Positions 24,100-41,900 of a stretch of 64,000 bases of DNA are shown here, piece by piece. The stretch's first letter is position 1; each line of letters begins with the position of its first letter. The stretch is from Paraspadella gotoi (Eukaryota; Animalia; Chaetognatha), in NCBI GenBank assembly GCA_051294375.1, contig JBJCIZ010000016.1, forward strand, positions 1-64,000, written 5' to 3'. A model generated the notes under the pieces. It saw only the letters and a program-made list of their open reading frames with translations, was not told where the DNA came from and did no database searches. The translations under genes and the position numbers were made by a program.

Positions 24100-25790
24100 G
24101 TGAAAAATCACAGCAAAATCGTCGCAAACTCAAAGCGATTAATTATAACATTAATACATTCATAAACCAAATTATGCAAGCAGCTGAAGCAACAACTTTT
24201 GGTGACAATTGGTTTACTTGCTCCTTTCCTCAAAAAAAAGTTATTTCCAAGGTTGTGGCAGACACAAATGGTTGACAGAAGGCTTTAAAAACCCTTGGCC
24301 ATTTTTGGAGCAGAAACATAATTTTGCAGTTTGCTCGATTTTTTCCTATCCACAATAACCATGGAATGGAACTGCCTGGAAAAACATCCGTTTGTCTAAT
24401 CGCAATTTGAAAAAAAAATTCTTTTATTTAATAACACTATCATATTATTAGTTCTATAATCTATCAATAGAGGGAGTCATAAATTGTTATTATCGATATA
24501 AAGATTTTATTAATTTAAGCCTTATAAGGTAAAGAATAATTAAAAAATTCTTATATGATAATTTTTTTTAAATCTAAAAAAATTAATGGCTTTGGATAGA
24601 GCTCGCAAACCTGCAGAGCTTAATTAATAACTTTTTAATTTAGATGTTTGTTGAATGATAATTTTTAAAATCAAATGGTTATTAAATATAATAATTGATA
24701 CAAACAATATAATAATTATCATTTATTTAATTTAACTTTTTTACATTTTAAAAGAATCTTCTTAAACAAAAAATGATACAAATAAAGGAATATAATTTTT
24801 TTAGGGTTATTCGCGTTAGGATAAGGAATAAAAAGCAAATTTATTCCAGTGAAGAATCGAGTTTGTTACGCTTCAAAAATGGTTAACGCTGGGGTGACGA
24901 TTTCAATAAAAAATAGAGGAAAGATCCAGACTCCTCGCAGATGGATAACCGTGAGAGTTAAATACTTGAGCGCTGAGGAAATTCCAATCGAATCAAGTAT
25001 GTTGAATGCCGCGGATCAAGTATGTTGAATATATTTGAAGGCGTTACAAAGAATGGATGAAATTTACGTGGACTATCCTAAAATCCTTAACGCCAATAAA
25101 ATTTATAATATCGGAAGTATATCCGATATAAACGGGATTCAAATGGGAGTTAAATGAAAAAAATTAAATATTGTGGCCGAATTATTATTTATACATAGTG
25201 CCCTAAAATTTTGCATCCTGGAAAAGAAATTCCCAATATTTTTTTCTTTAACTTCTTTAACTTCCAGCTTGTTTTCTTTTTTATGAGCTTACTAAAGTCA
25301 TTGTGAATTTTATAAAAAGTAAATCCTTGCATTTAAAGAGGACCTTAATAGTTAAAAAATATATTTAAAAAAAAACAATAAAAATCGTTGTTGACCTTTA
25401 AAAACTGTTTTTTCCTAATTTATAAACACAAAACATAAATTCACCCTTCCTATAAGTTGCCTGTTAACGACTGAAGATGTCATGGGGTGAACTCCATAAA
25501 GAAAAAACCGTCGGAGTTTTGAAACGAATAAAATTTTCAAATCATAAATCATAACAACTTTTCAATTCACTCCCATTTAAAATCCGTAATCGAGAATAAC
25601 CTATTGACAAAAATTATTATTTGTTTTTCCCTGTTAGAATTGGTCTAAATACAGGAAGGTCCAACTCTTTTTGGAAAAAGTTGAAGTACAGCTCAAGAGC
25701 GGATTAAGATGGAAAAAAATCAAGAAACTGGACGCTTTTGTCTTTCGATCGATACCCAATATGACCAGAAAATCGCCCCATAACTGTTTA
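24100..25790 (-). pseudogene. Decayed Penelope-like retroelement (RT and GIY-YIG linker fragments)
   Basis: Minus-strand peptides in the expected PLE order: LPVFRPILTG (~25650), FNSHLNPVYIGYTSDIINFIGV (~25120), VFNSHGYP (~24950), KNRANCKI and SCLHNLVY (~24330-24170). Many stops and shifts. Confidence 0.55.
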
Positions 25791-25960
25791 TTAGTCGGAT
25801 CTGCTTATCAGCAGATTCCGACTCTATAATCCACCTTGTCGGTCCACCCCCACGATCTTGTTGGTCATTCACTTAGATCATGTCAGAACATCAAATTATG
25901 ATAAATTATGCCAAAAAAAGTGATGTCCCTCCATCCGTCAGTCCACTAGGGTGGAGTGAT
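25780..25960. mobile_element. DINE-1/HINE (Helentron)-like dispersed repeat
   Basis: Hairpin GTCGGATCTGCTTATCAGCAGATTCCGAC plus a GTCC/GTCT microsatellite tract. Copies at ~14860-14968(-), ~19440-19547(-), ~28340-29100 and ~31745-32510. Confidence 0.5.
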
Positions 25961-26864
25961 GAAAAGATTGAGCGATGGAACATATTTTTTGCTGCCTTTG
26001 TATATGTAATAAAAAATAATTAAGATATTTTTCAAAAAAAATTGCATAACAGTATCATTAATTGAATTTTCTTTATAGTAATATCTTATAAAATAATAAA
26101 ATTTTTAAATCATATTTTTTTAATTTAAGAACGTTGGATTCGCCGGAAAAAACTGAAAAACTTATGTAATATATGTTACATTATATTTTTAGGTTAAAGC
26201 TGCGAAAAATGACCAAAATGTTTCAACATATAATAGTTTCTACTACAAAATGTGAAAAAGTGGAGAAATTGACCTTTTTTTAGCATTTTTGAGGCTGAAG
26301 ACATTGAAATTTTTAATAACATACTTTATATTTTTGATCTAACTTTTTATGAAGAATCAGAATCTTTAATAAAAATTTTTTAAAAAAAGTGTGTGATTGA
26401 GCGGAATATAAAGTTTCAATGCAATCGTGCAAGAGGAAAAAAGTTTAACATTGAAAAAGAATTTATATAAATGTGAACATTGTTCTATTTAAAGTTCCTT
26501 TTTCTCCCTCTCTTAGTTAAAATGATTGATTGGCTGATTGATCAGTTGATTGCAAGATTGATATATTCTTTTATTGATTTATTAAGAAATCCGTTATAAT
26601 TTTTATTTGTCTCTCTTTCTCCCTCTCTCTCTCTCGCTATTGCTCTCTCGAATCAATCAATTAACAAAAGTTGCATTCCTGCATCTTAAATTGTGAACTG
26701 ACGAATGTTAATTATAGATTTTTAATTAAAAATTTGAAATTAAAAAAATTGATAATTTCACATTTTAAATAGAAAAAATAAAATAAAAAGAAGTCTGATG
26801 ATAAAACTTTTAGCTATAATTATGTTCGTTTATAAAAATAAATCGTGATTTATACTTTTATATC

Positions 26865-26911
26865 AGGCACCAGTCTCTTCGGAGGCGTGGGTTTGAATCT
26901 AACTGCTGTCA
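26865..26911 (+). pseudogene. 3' half of a tRNA-Leu gene
   Basis: AGGCACCAGTCTCTTCGGAGGCGTGGGTTTGAATCTAACTGCTGTCA shows the class II variable arm and T-arm typical of eukaryotic tRNA-Leu. The 5' half is absent and the T-arm is mutated. Confidence 0.75.
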
Positions 26912-27516
26912 CATTTAAGTTGACAGGGATTTCAACATGAAACCAAAGTAGATTTTATTCTGATATATAAGACAAAAAAAGACGGTGTAAGAATTTGAGG
27001 CAGAATGAATCAGTACCGAAATAAGTATTTATATAGAGCAAAGGGATCATTGACACGGGCTAGTTTACCCGATGGCATGAAGCTCATCTTGTGATTGGTC
27101 GGTTCACTTGGTGGTTCTTCCACTGAGAGAGTCGAATCCAGATTCCGGTGGATTCTACCCGAGTCACGGATCCGATTCCATTCTTGTTCTGATTCCATTT
27201 GTGATGGTATAAAAATTAAAATTTTGAAAATTAAATATAGATGGTTTCATTAGAATAAAATTACAATTTTAAATAACCCTAATAACGAATAATCATATCT
27301 AAATTTTCACCTTCATAAAAAATTTTGAAAATATTTAGTTGTATAAAAATAAATTATCTTGCTCAAGCCTCAACAGTTGGTATATTAAAAATCTTGGAAT
27401 ACCATGAGACCAAAAATGAATTATAATTGCTGTACCAAAAATAAACCAAAAAATAAAAAAAAATTTAAGAACACTATTCAGAGGGATGTTAAATTTAGAA
27501 ACTAAACATAAAAAAT

Positions 27517-31180
<3,664 letters not shown>

Positions 31181-32925
31181 TATATAACTAAACAAAATTT
31201 TTTAAAGAAATATAAAAAAATTTGAATTCAATCCAAAACTGGTCAAAAAGAACAAATATATATAACATATATAATATATATAACATGATCCAAGCTCTAT
31301 TATGAGCGCAAAATATTATAAGTATCATATAATATTTGTTGTAATATTTATGATATTATTATAAATAACAAAAAAAAGGTAAACGGACAGCAAAAAAATT
31401 ATTCTAGTTCAATAATGAATTTTAATACACAAAAAAATTTGCATTACAGTTTTATTTTATAAAATTGTGATAATGTAAGCAAATGTTTAGGAGAAAAATA
31501 ATAACCCAAGCTTTATGAAATTAGTACAACCAATAGAAAAATTATCCATTCGGTCATTCTCAGGCTTTGGTGGTTTAAGGCCTCCATCACTTTAAAAAGA
31601 TAATGACATAGCAGGTTCCTGCAAGCTTACAATACTCTCTCATAGTCTTGTTTATTCACTCCCAGAGTACCTCGCTTCCCTATAGATTATAAATTTATTC
31701 CCTATATATTTCTGAAAAATTTTAAGTTTTTTATAACTAATTAATTTTTATTCGGATCTGCTTATCAGCAGATTCTGACTATAATTCACTTTGTCGGTCC
31801 GTCGGTCCAACCCCAAAATCAAATTTTTTTTATCATATCAGAACATTGAATTATAATAAATTATGCAAAAAAATTATGTCTGTCTGTCCATCCTCCCTTA
31901 GCATTAAACTCCAATTACTCGTGTTTGGTTGGATGGAATGGAATGATATTTTGTGTGTGGGTAGGAGAAAGTGTGTGATTGAGCTGGATATAAATTTTCA
32001 ATGGAATCGTGCTAGTAGAAGTGAGTTTAAATAGAAAAAACAAAAGTCATATTTACTTGAAGTATTTTTACTTACATTTATTCATAATTATTTTATTTAT
32101 TAAAAATTGGATAGATGAAATGAAATTTAGTGTGTGGGTAAGAAAGTATGTGGATTAAGCTGAATATTAATTTTTGATGGAATTGTATGAGTGGAAAAAA
32201 GTTGAATATAAAACTAAAAGACAATTATTTGAATATTTTAAAGTTTTTCTTCTCTCTATCTCTCTGATTGATTGATTGATCGATTGTTTGACCAAATTAT
32301 GCCAGTTGACAAAATTATGCCCGTTGACCAAATTATGCCCGTTGACCAAGTTAAGCGCAGCTACTCAAAATGTTTTTTTATAGATTTATTAAGAAGTCAG
32401 TTATGATTTGTTATGTTACAATTTGTTATGATCTGTTAAGATCACAAATTGAAAGTCAGAAAAAATTACTGTGACTTATCAAGCAGATCCGATGTTTGCT
32501 CAAACTTATTTATTATTTATTTATAAATAAAAATTAAAATATTTTTTCAACAGTTATTTATTATTATTAAAAACAGATTCATAGAGCGCATAAAAGTAAG
32601 CTTTAAAATTCTAATTTATTTTATATTTTAATATTAAGCCATTTAAAAATATAAAAAAAATCTAATTATAATACAATCATATTTATGATTTTTTAGTTCT
32701 TATCTACAAAAAATTTTAAATTGATTAAATTCAATTAAAAAAATTTAATTAGCTTATTATTGTTAGCTAAAAGCAAAACATTTTTTTAACAAATTTAATA
32801 ATTAATTTTAATTTTTTAATTATTCTTAATTGTAACTAGAATACAAAACATAAGCACATTAAAACATAAAATTGGTATTAATAAAGAATATACAGCTTTT
32901 AACCAAACTTTCTTGCATGTTCAAT

Positions 32926-35900
32926 TTAACAATCTTCATCACAATCACGAAATTGAGAAACAGTATTAGTCTCATTTTTTCTTTGCTGAGCTTTGATACG
33001 ATTGCGACATTTGTTTAAGCGTACATTTCTTTGACGAGCTGTTTCTTTAGCTTGTGGTACAATGTATTCTACATTATAATCTTCACACAAAGTTTTAATT
33101 TTTAATTCTGTTTCGTCCATTTTTCTAACTCTCTTTTTTTTCATAAAATAATTAATACGGTCAGTAAATGACTTTTGACCACTTCCAAACTGTTGAGAAG
33201 ACTTAAAATCAGATAAATCATCATCATTATCAACAGAATCAAACTCTTCAGAATGTGTAGTGTCACCGTGCTCTTGCACGTTTTTTAATTCTCGTTTTCT
33301 TTTATTAGGTCTTGAAATAAGAGAATTAACAAAAACTCCTGCAGTTTTTGAAATATCTGATGTAGTTAACCTATAACTTTCTTCCGCGCAGATTTCAGAG
33401 TGCTGCATGTGTTCAGTAACTGAATGCATCGTTAGATTAGCTTTGGCAGCATGTGGATCAATTAGGCAAGCTGCTAATTGCCTTTCTTTAGAGACAGTCT
33501 CAACATAAATTCTCCAAAATGAGGGTGAAAAAGTAATGCAGAGTGCTTCACAAGCAGTTTTCAAAGACATTTCTAATTCTTTCCTCAAAGGAGCTTTCCC
33601 AACACTATTGACAAAAAAAACCGATTCATTTATGATCAAACCATTTCGTTTCAATTTCATTTTCAGATTTTGCAACCCAATTAAATAATTTTTTAAAAAT
33701 GAAAGTTTAAAAACTGGCCATATTATGCATGTTGCGCGAAAATGACTGGTAACTTCTTTTTTCCTAGGCCGGATAAAATGGGTATTTTTATTTTGCAGTT
33801 GACCAAAAACTACAATGAATTCATCATCAACGGAAGTTTTTTGTTCAAAATCTTCAATTGCTTTCATGATATCTGGAACACTGATAGAGGTACTGTCAGA
33901 AGATCTTGAGACATTAAAAAATAGAAAAATTAAATAAACAACTCCTACAACTAATGTGACGAACGGCTTGTAATCATCCAAATCATCAAAATTTTGATTG
34001 GCCCAAATTCTACCAACTTCATCGAACTCATCGCCATGAAATAACAAAGAATATTCTTCAGTAGAGAAATTTTCTATTTGTTGGGCTCTACTGTTTTTTT
34101 TTGCTGCATTATGATCAGCGTAAAACTGGGTTATGGGATGAAAAAGAGTTTTCAACTCAATGAAATTTTCTTCAAATTTACTAGATTTTGGTAACCATTT
34201 ACCAGCCATTAAAAAAGTATTAAATTTTCTTAGACAAGATATGTTGGAAAAATAGCTATGCTTCTTTCTACCATTTTTGACAAGGACAAGTAAAAATTCA
34301 GAAATCATCGATAAATCTTCAACTGCTGATAAAATATCCATTGTCTGATGATTGGCAAAGCCTTTTGATGTACAAACAAAAGATAAAAAACGAGCAACAT
34401 TATTTATTGTGTAGTTTGTTCTGACTTGTATATGAGCAATTTTTTTAGCATCTGTAATCAGGTTACTTTGATTGACACGCCAATATTGTTTTAAATGATA
34501 AGAAAAAGATACTGGAAAACCGAGAGCTGATTGATATCTGAGATCCAAAATCAATTCTTTTAGACTTTCATCTATTTTTAGTATTTGATTAATCCCCTTC
34601 TCAATAGGTTTATATTGAGTTCCGGACACCTCATCCCAAAGCTCATCAAGCTCATCAATATTATTTGGTCTAAAAAATCCACTTAATTCATTAAAGTTAA
34701 TATCTTGGTCTCTATTAACTTCTTCTCGAACTATCACTTCTTTAAGAAGTTGATTTAAAGCTTCATTACAAACGGGATTAGTCATTTTCATTTCTTTGAT
34801 TTCAGAATAAACAGTTTGGGCTTGTTCCTCAATAGGAAAACTTGTGTTCATCTCTTTATTCATTGGTAATGTTTTTTGCAATTTTTTATTAGTGCCACTA
34901 ATGTTATTTTGTGAAACAATTTTGGGGGAAGAATTCGCATCTAGTTTAGCAATATCAAAATCTAAAGAAGTAAAAGAACCATCGCCAAAAACAGTAATAT
35001 TTTCAATTATTATTTCATCAGAAGAATCATCCTTTTCTTCTGCTTGATTCTTTTTGGTTTTTTTGACAATTAACCTTTTTTGAGAGGAATGTGAAGCAAG
35101 CAAATCTTTAGAAGAACAAGATGCAATTGCTACAGAATCACTAACAACAAAATCATTGTTGTTTTTTTCAATATTTGAGTCAAGTGAAGAACAAACTTTA
35201 GAATGAGTTTCGGAAGTGAAAAAATCTGATGTGTTTGGCAAGTCATGTTCCAAAACTGTTTCAAGGACAGTTTCAGTCAAATTATCGAAATTTAATGTTT
35301 TTGTACTAACTTGGGGATTTTTTAAATCAACAGCATGTAAAATTTGTGAGGAACAATTTTCTTTTATTCCATCTATTATAATTGATAGTTTCTCTTGTGA
35401 TACACGTTTACTTTTGGCAGTAATTTTGGGACATTCGATTAAGTTTTTTAATCGCACATTGAAAAACGTTACAAATTTATTTCCCATCTTTGGTGGACAT
35501 TCAAGAGAATTTTTAATTTCACCAACAGATTTGTCATAAATGTCTTCTTTTCCAATTATTGTTATCGGAAATAATGAATCAAAGTGAGAACGATATTCAA
35601 TTGCAGAATCATCACCTCCGGTTTGGAGCAAAAATATGGGATGTAATGCTTTTTTCTCCAAACATTGATGATATATTTCGTGCAAAGATACTTCGTTGGT
35701 GACCGATATTCTTATGATTATAAAACGAACCATAAGCACAATGCTAAGAGCAACGAAATCTAATTCTGATATTTCTAAAGCAGAAAATTTTTCCACATAG
35801 TTCTTTTTAATATCAATCCCTGCAACACCCAAATGTGGATAATCTACAAGCAGTTGCGACTCAATCATACCGTTCCAATGACCCAAATTAAACGTTTTGA

Positions 35901-38900
35901 CTGCTAATCTTAAATCAATGACCCTTTGAATGTAGAACTCTGAATCTGGTTCGATCTGAGGAGTAAAATGTTTTATAATTGAATGATAACCACAATGTCC
36001 ATCTTTATTGCAAGAAAGAATTACAAATGGAAATTTTATATCATTTATTATTAACAGATTAACATTTTTATAACAGAATAATGATCTTTCATTCAGAGAT
36101 TCCATGCGCTCTTTATCTTTTAAAATTGTAGTTATTATGTCCTGACAATTTTGTATAATGTTAGGACTTAGGCTCAATGTGTCTATATTTTCTAAATCCT
36201 TTGGAGTAGAGGTTGGAATATGTTTAATTGGAGTTAGTGTCAAATCATCAGAAGGATCTGGAAATGAGCGAATCCCATCAATTTCATATTTTTCAACCAA
36301 CCTTTTCAAATAAGTTTTAAAAGTGCTTTTAATTATTTTTTTTGGAACTAAATTTATGCTAGTTAAAATTTGATTGCCATCAGATATTAATAATTTAGTG
36401 ACCTCACTGTTGCAGGTTAGTTCAATTTCGTCATCAACTTTGCTAAATTTCAGAACTGCAGGGTTTTCCTTTAGCAATAATTTTTTTGCAATTGACCAAT
36501 GGCGGTTTAAAAAAAATTCTTTTAAAAAATTGCTTTCTCGTAATGACTTTGCTAAAAAAATCTTTTCATAGTGTGATTGAAAAGCAGTTGTTGCATGTAA
36601 AATTGGTTCATTTTCATCATCAGTACTACCTTTGCCTACTGGTTCTACTGTTTCTACGTTACTTTCATTCACGGGATTGGGTTGACTATCTTCTTCAACA
36701 TCAGAATCAACCAACATTTCTCCAGATTTTGATGTTGGAAGTTTAAATGGATATTGAAATTGGCCCAAAACATTTACCATTTTAACTTTACGACTATCCA
36801 TTTCATTGTCACATAGATGCTTTTGCAAATACTCTTTTGCAAACAATTTTTCCATACCACAAGTAATAGAGATTGAATTGGATTCGACAAAGCTGCATTA
36901 AAAAATAAGCCCCAGTAAACAAAATATTTTTAAAAAACGAAAATAATAATCTATGATTATAAATTTATGATTCAAAAGATACTATTCTATAATTTGAAAA
37001 TGAAATAATAATCATATTTTTAAGCTTTAATTCTATTTTTATAATTAATTCAAAAATGAAATTTTATGACGGAAAATATAACAATTTTAAATTCTCCCCC
37101 AAAAAATATATTATCATTTTAATAACATTATTATGATTCCAAATATAACACATACAATCTCAAAAATATAATTCGATGATATTAAAAATTTAATATAGTA
37201 AATTCTAAATTATGATTTTAAAAATATGATTTTATGATTTAAAAAAAATGATTTTATGATTTAAAAAAAATGATTTTATGATTTGAAATAAGAGAATAAT
37301 ATTTAATAGGTTTTCAAAGCATAAAATCATATTTTTCAAAGCATAAAATCATATTTTTCAAAGCATAAAATCATATTTTTCAAATCAAAATCATATTTTT
37401 CAAATCAAAATCATATTTTTCAAATCAAAATCATATTTTTCAAATCAAAATCATATTTTTCAATAACATTATATTTATTAACATAGAATTGTATTTGTGT
37501 TATCATGAAAAGTTTTTTGTAAGATATTATATTGATATGTTGATATTACATAGTCATATATTTTTATTATTAATTAGTACTATTTAATGTTGGTCTCAAA
37601 GAATCAAAACGGTTTTTTGAAAGTTACAATTATATTTTTAAAATCAATCATATTTTTTTAATAAGAGAATAATATTAATATGTTTTAAAATAATAAATCA
37701 TTTTTAAAGTCATATTTTTAAAATTATAGAATCATATTTTTAAAATTATAGAGTCATATTTTTATAATTATAAAATCATATTTTTCAAATCATAAAATCA
37801 TATTTTTCAAATCATAAAATCATATTTTTCAATAACAAAATTATAAAAAATAGAATTGTATTTATGTTATCATGAAAAGTTTTTTTTAAGATATTATATT
37901 TTTTTCAAGCCACATGATATTACATAGTCAAATATTTTTGTTATTAAATAGTACTATTTAACGTTTACCTCAAAGAATCAAAACGGGTTTTTGAAGCTTA
38001 CAATTATATTTTTCAAATCATAAAATCGTATTTTTCAAATCGTATTTTTCAAATCGTATTTTNNNNNNNNNNNNNNNNNNNNNNNNNCAAAAAAACCGTT
38101 TTGATTTTTTGAACAGATATTAAATAGCACTATTTAATTAAAAAATATATGACTATGTAATATCATTTTGGTTTCAAAAAAATATAATATTTACAAAAAA
38201 CTTTTCATGATAACAAAATACAATTCTATGTTAATAATTATTATGTTATTGAAAATATGATTTTATGATTTGAAAAATATGATTTTGATTTGAAAAATAT
38301 GATTTTGATTTGAAAAATATGATTTTATAATTTTTACAATATGATTTTATAATTTGAAAAATATGATTTTATAATTTTTATATTATGATTTTATAATTTT
38401 AAAAATATGATTTTATGTTTTAAAAATATGATTTTTAAAAATATAATTATAACTTCAGAAAAACCGTTTTGATTCTTTTGAGACCAACATTAAATAGTAC
38501 TATTTAATAATAAAATATGACTATGTAATATTATTTTGGCTTCAAAAAAATATAATATCTTACAAAAAAGTTTTAATTATAACATAAATACAATTCTATA
38601 TTAATAATTAAAATGTTATTGAAAATCTGATTTTATGATTAAAAATATTATTTGAAAAATATGATTTTATAATTTGAAAAAATATGATTTTATAATTTGA
38701 AAAATATGATTTATAATTTGAAAAATATGATTTTATAATTTGAAAAATATGATTTTATAATTTGAAAATATGATTTTATAATTTTGAAAAATATGATTTT
38801 ATAATTTGAAATATATTTTATATATTTATAGTTTTAAAAATAGGATTTTATAATTTGAAAAAATATGGTTTTTATGATTTGAAAAATATGATTTTATGAA

Positions 38901-41900
38901 TATTAAAACCTATTAAATAGTATTCTTTTATTTAAAAAATATTGTGATTTAAAAAATATGATTATGATTTTAAAAGTATAATTTATAACCTTCAAAAAAC
39001 CGTTTTGATTCCTTGAAACCAACATTAAATAGCACTATTTAATAATAAAAATATATGATTATGTAATATCATTTGGTTTCAAGAAAATATAATATCTTAA
39101 AAAAAACCTTTCATGAAAACATAAATACAATTCTATGTTAATATTTATAATGTTATTAAAAAATATGAATTTATGATTTGAAAAATATGATTTTATGATT
39201 GAAAACCTATTAAATATTTATTCTCTTATTAAATGAATATGATTATGATTTTAAAAATATAATTGTAATCTTCAAAAAACCGTTTTGATTCTTTGAGACC
39301 AACATTAAATAATACTATTTAATTATAAAAATATATTATTATGTAATATCATTTTGGCTTCAAAAAATATAATATCTTTATAATATCTTTCATGATAACA
39401 TAAATACAATTCTATGTTAATAATTATAATGTTATTGAAAAATATAATTTTATGATTTGAAAAATAGGATTTTATGATTTGAAAATAGGATTTTATGATT
39501 TGAAAAAATAGGGAGTGGTCTTTTCATACAATTGAAACATTCTTTGAAATATTATACCACTTCATTGATAGGGAAGCCAGGTTCACTGGAGTGAATAAAT
39601 GAGACTGTGAAAGAGTCTTGATTGAAAGCTTGCAGAAACCTGCTATGTTATTATCTTGTAAGTGTGATGGAGGCCTTAAACCACCAAAGCCTGTCCAAAG
39701 TCAGGGACAAGATAGCTTATTTATTAAATGAATGGATAATTTTTATATTTGGTTGTACCAATTTCATAGGATTTTATGATTTGAAAAATAGGATTTTATG
39801 ATTTGAAAAATAGGATTTTATGATTTGAAAATATGATTTTATGATTTGAAAAATATGATTTTATGATTTGAAAAATATGATTTTATGATTTGAAAAATAT
39901 GATTTTTTATGATATTAAAACCTATTAAATAATATTTTTTTATTAAAAAAATATTGTGATTTAAAAATATATGATTATGATCTTTAAAAAGTATAATGTG
40001 TAACTTCAATAAAATAAAACCCGTTTTGGTTCCTTGAAACCAACATTAAATAGCACTATTTAATAATAAAAATATATGATTATGTAATATCATTTTGGTT
40101 TCAAGAAAATATAATATCTTAAAAAAAACCTTTCATGAAAACATAAATACAATTCTATGTTAATATTTATAATGTTATTAAAAATATGAATTTATGATTT
40201 GAAAAATATGATTTATGATTTGAAAAATAGGATTTTATGATTTGAAAAATATGATTTTTTTATGATATTAAAACCTATTAATAATATCTTTTTAAAAAAA
40301 TATTGTGATTTAAAAAATATGATTATGATTTTAAAAGTATAATTGTAAACCTTCAAAAAACCGTTTTGGTTCCTTGAAACCAACATTAAATAGCACTGTT
40401 TAATTATAAAAATATATTATTATGTAATATCATTTTGGCCTCAAAAAATATAATATCTTTATAATATCTTTCATGATGACATAAATACAATTCTATGTTA
40501 ATAATTATAATGTTATTGAAAAATACGATTTTATGATTTGAAAGATAGGATTTTATGATTTGAAAATATGATTTTTTATTTGAAAACCTAATAAATATTA
40601 TTCTTTTATTAAAAAAATATGATTATGATTTTAAAAATAAAATTGTAACATTCAAAAAACCGTTTTATTCTTTGAGACCAACATTAAATAATACCATTTA
40701 ATAGTAAAAATATATGATTATGTAATATTATTTTGGCCTCAAAAAAATATATCCTACAAAAACTTTTCATGATAGCATAAAATACAATTCTATGTTAATA
40801 ATTATAATGTTATTGAAAAATATGATTTTATGATTTGAAAATTACGATTTTATGATTTAAAAAATATGATTTTATGATTTGAAAAATATGATTTGAAAAA
40901 TATGATTTTATGATTTGAAAAATATGATTTTATGATTTGAAAAATATGATTTTATGATTTGAAAAATATGATTTTATGATTTGAAAAATATGATTTTATG
41001 ATTTGAAAAATATGATTTTATGATTTGAAAAATATGATTTAAAGTTATGATTTTGTAATTTTAAGATGATTTTATCATTTAAGACTTATTAAATATTATT
41101 CTCTATTAAAAAAATATGATTATGATTTTAAAAATATAATTGTAACCTTCAAAAAAACCGTTTTGATTCTTTGAGACCAACGTTAAATAGTACTATTTAA
41201 TAATAAAAATATGACTATGTAATATCATTTTGGCTTCAAAAAAATATATGTTACAAAAAATTTTTATGATAACATAAATACAATTCTATGATAATAATTA
41301 TAATGTAATTGAAAATTATGATTTTATGATTTGAAGAATATGATTTTATGATTTGAAAAATATGATTTTATGATTTCAAAATTATGATTTTATGATTTGA
41401 AAAATATGATTGATTTTATGATTTGAAAAATATGATTTTATGATTGAAAAATATGATTTTATGATTTGAAAAAATATGATTTTATGATTTGAAAAATATG
41501 ATTTTATGATTTGAAAAATGATGATTTTTAATCGATTTGAAAAATATTACGATTTGAAAAATACGATTTGAAAAATACGATTTGAAAAATACGATTGTCA
41601 AATCATAAAATCATATTTTTCAAATCATAAAATCATAATTTTGAAATCATAAAATCATATTTTTCAAATCATAAAATCATATTCTTCAAATCATAAAATC
41701 ATAATTTTCAATTACATTATAATTATTATCATAGAATTGTATTTATGTTATCATAAAAAATTTTTTGTAACATATATTTTTTTGAAGCCAAAATGATATT
41801 ACATAGTCATATTTTTATTATTAAATAGTACTATTTAACGTTGGTCTCAAAGAATCAAAACGGTTTTTTGAAGGTTACAATTATATTTTTAAAATCATAA

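Noticed and set aside
34844-36746. Plus-strand ORFs antisense to the YR exon
   Set aside because: Shadow ORFs with no independent coding signal.
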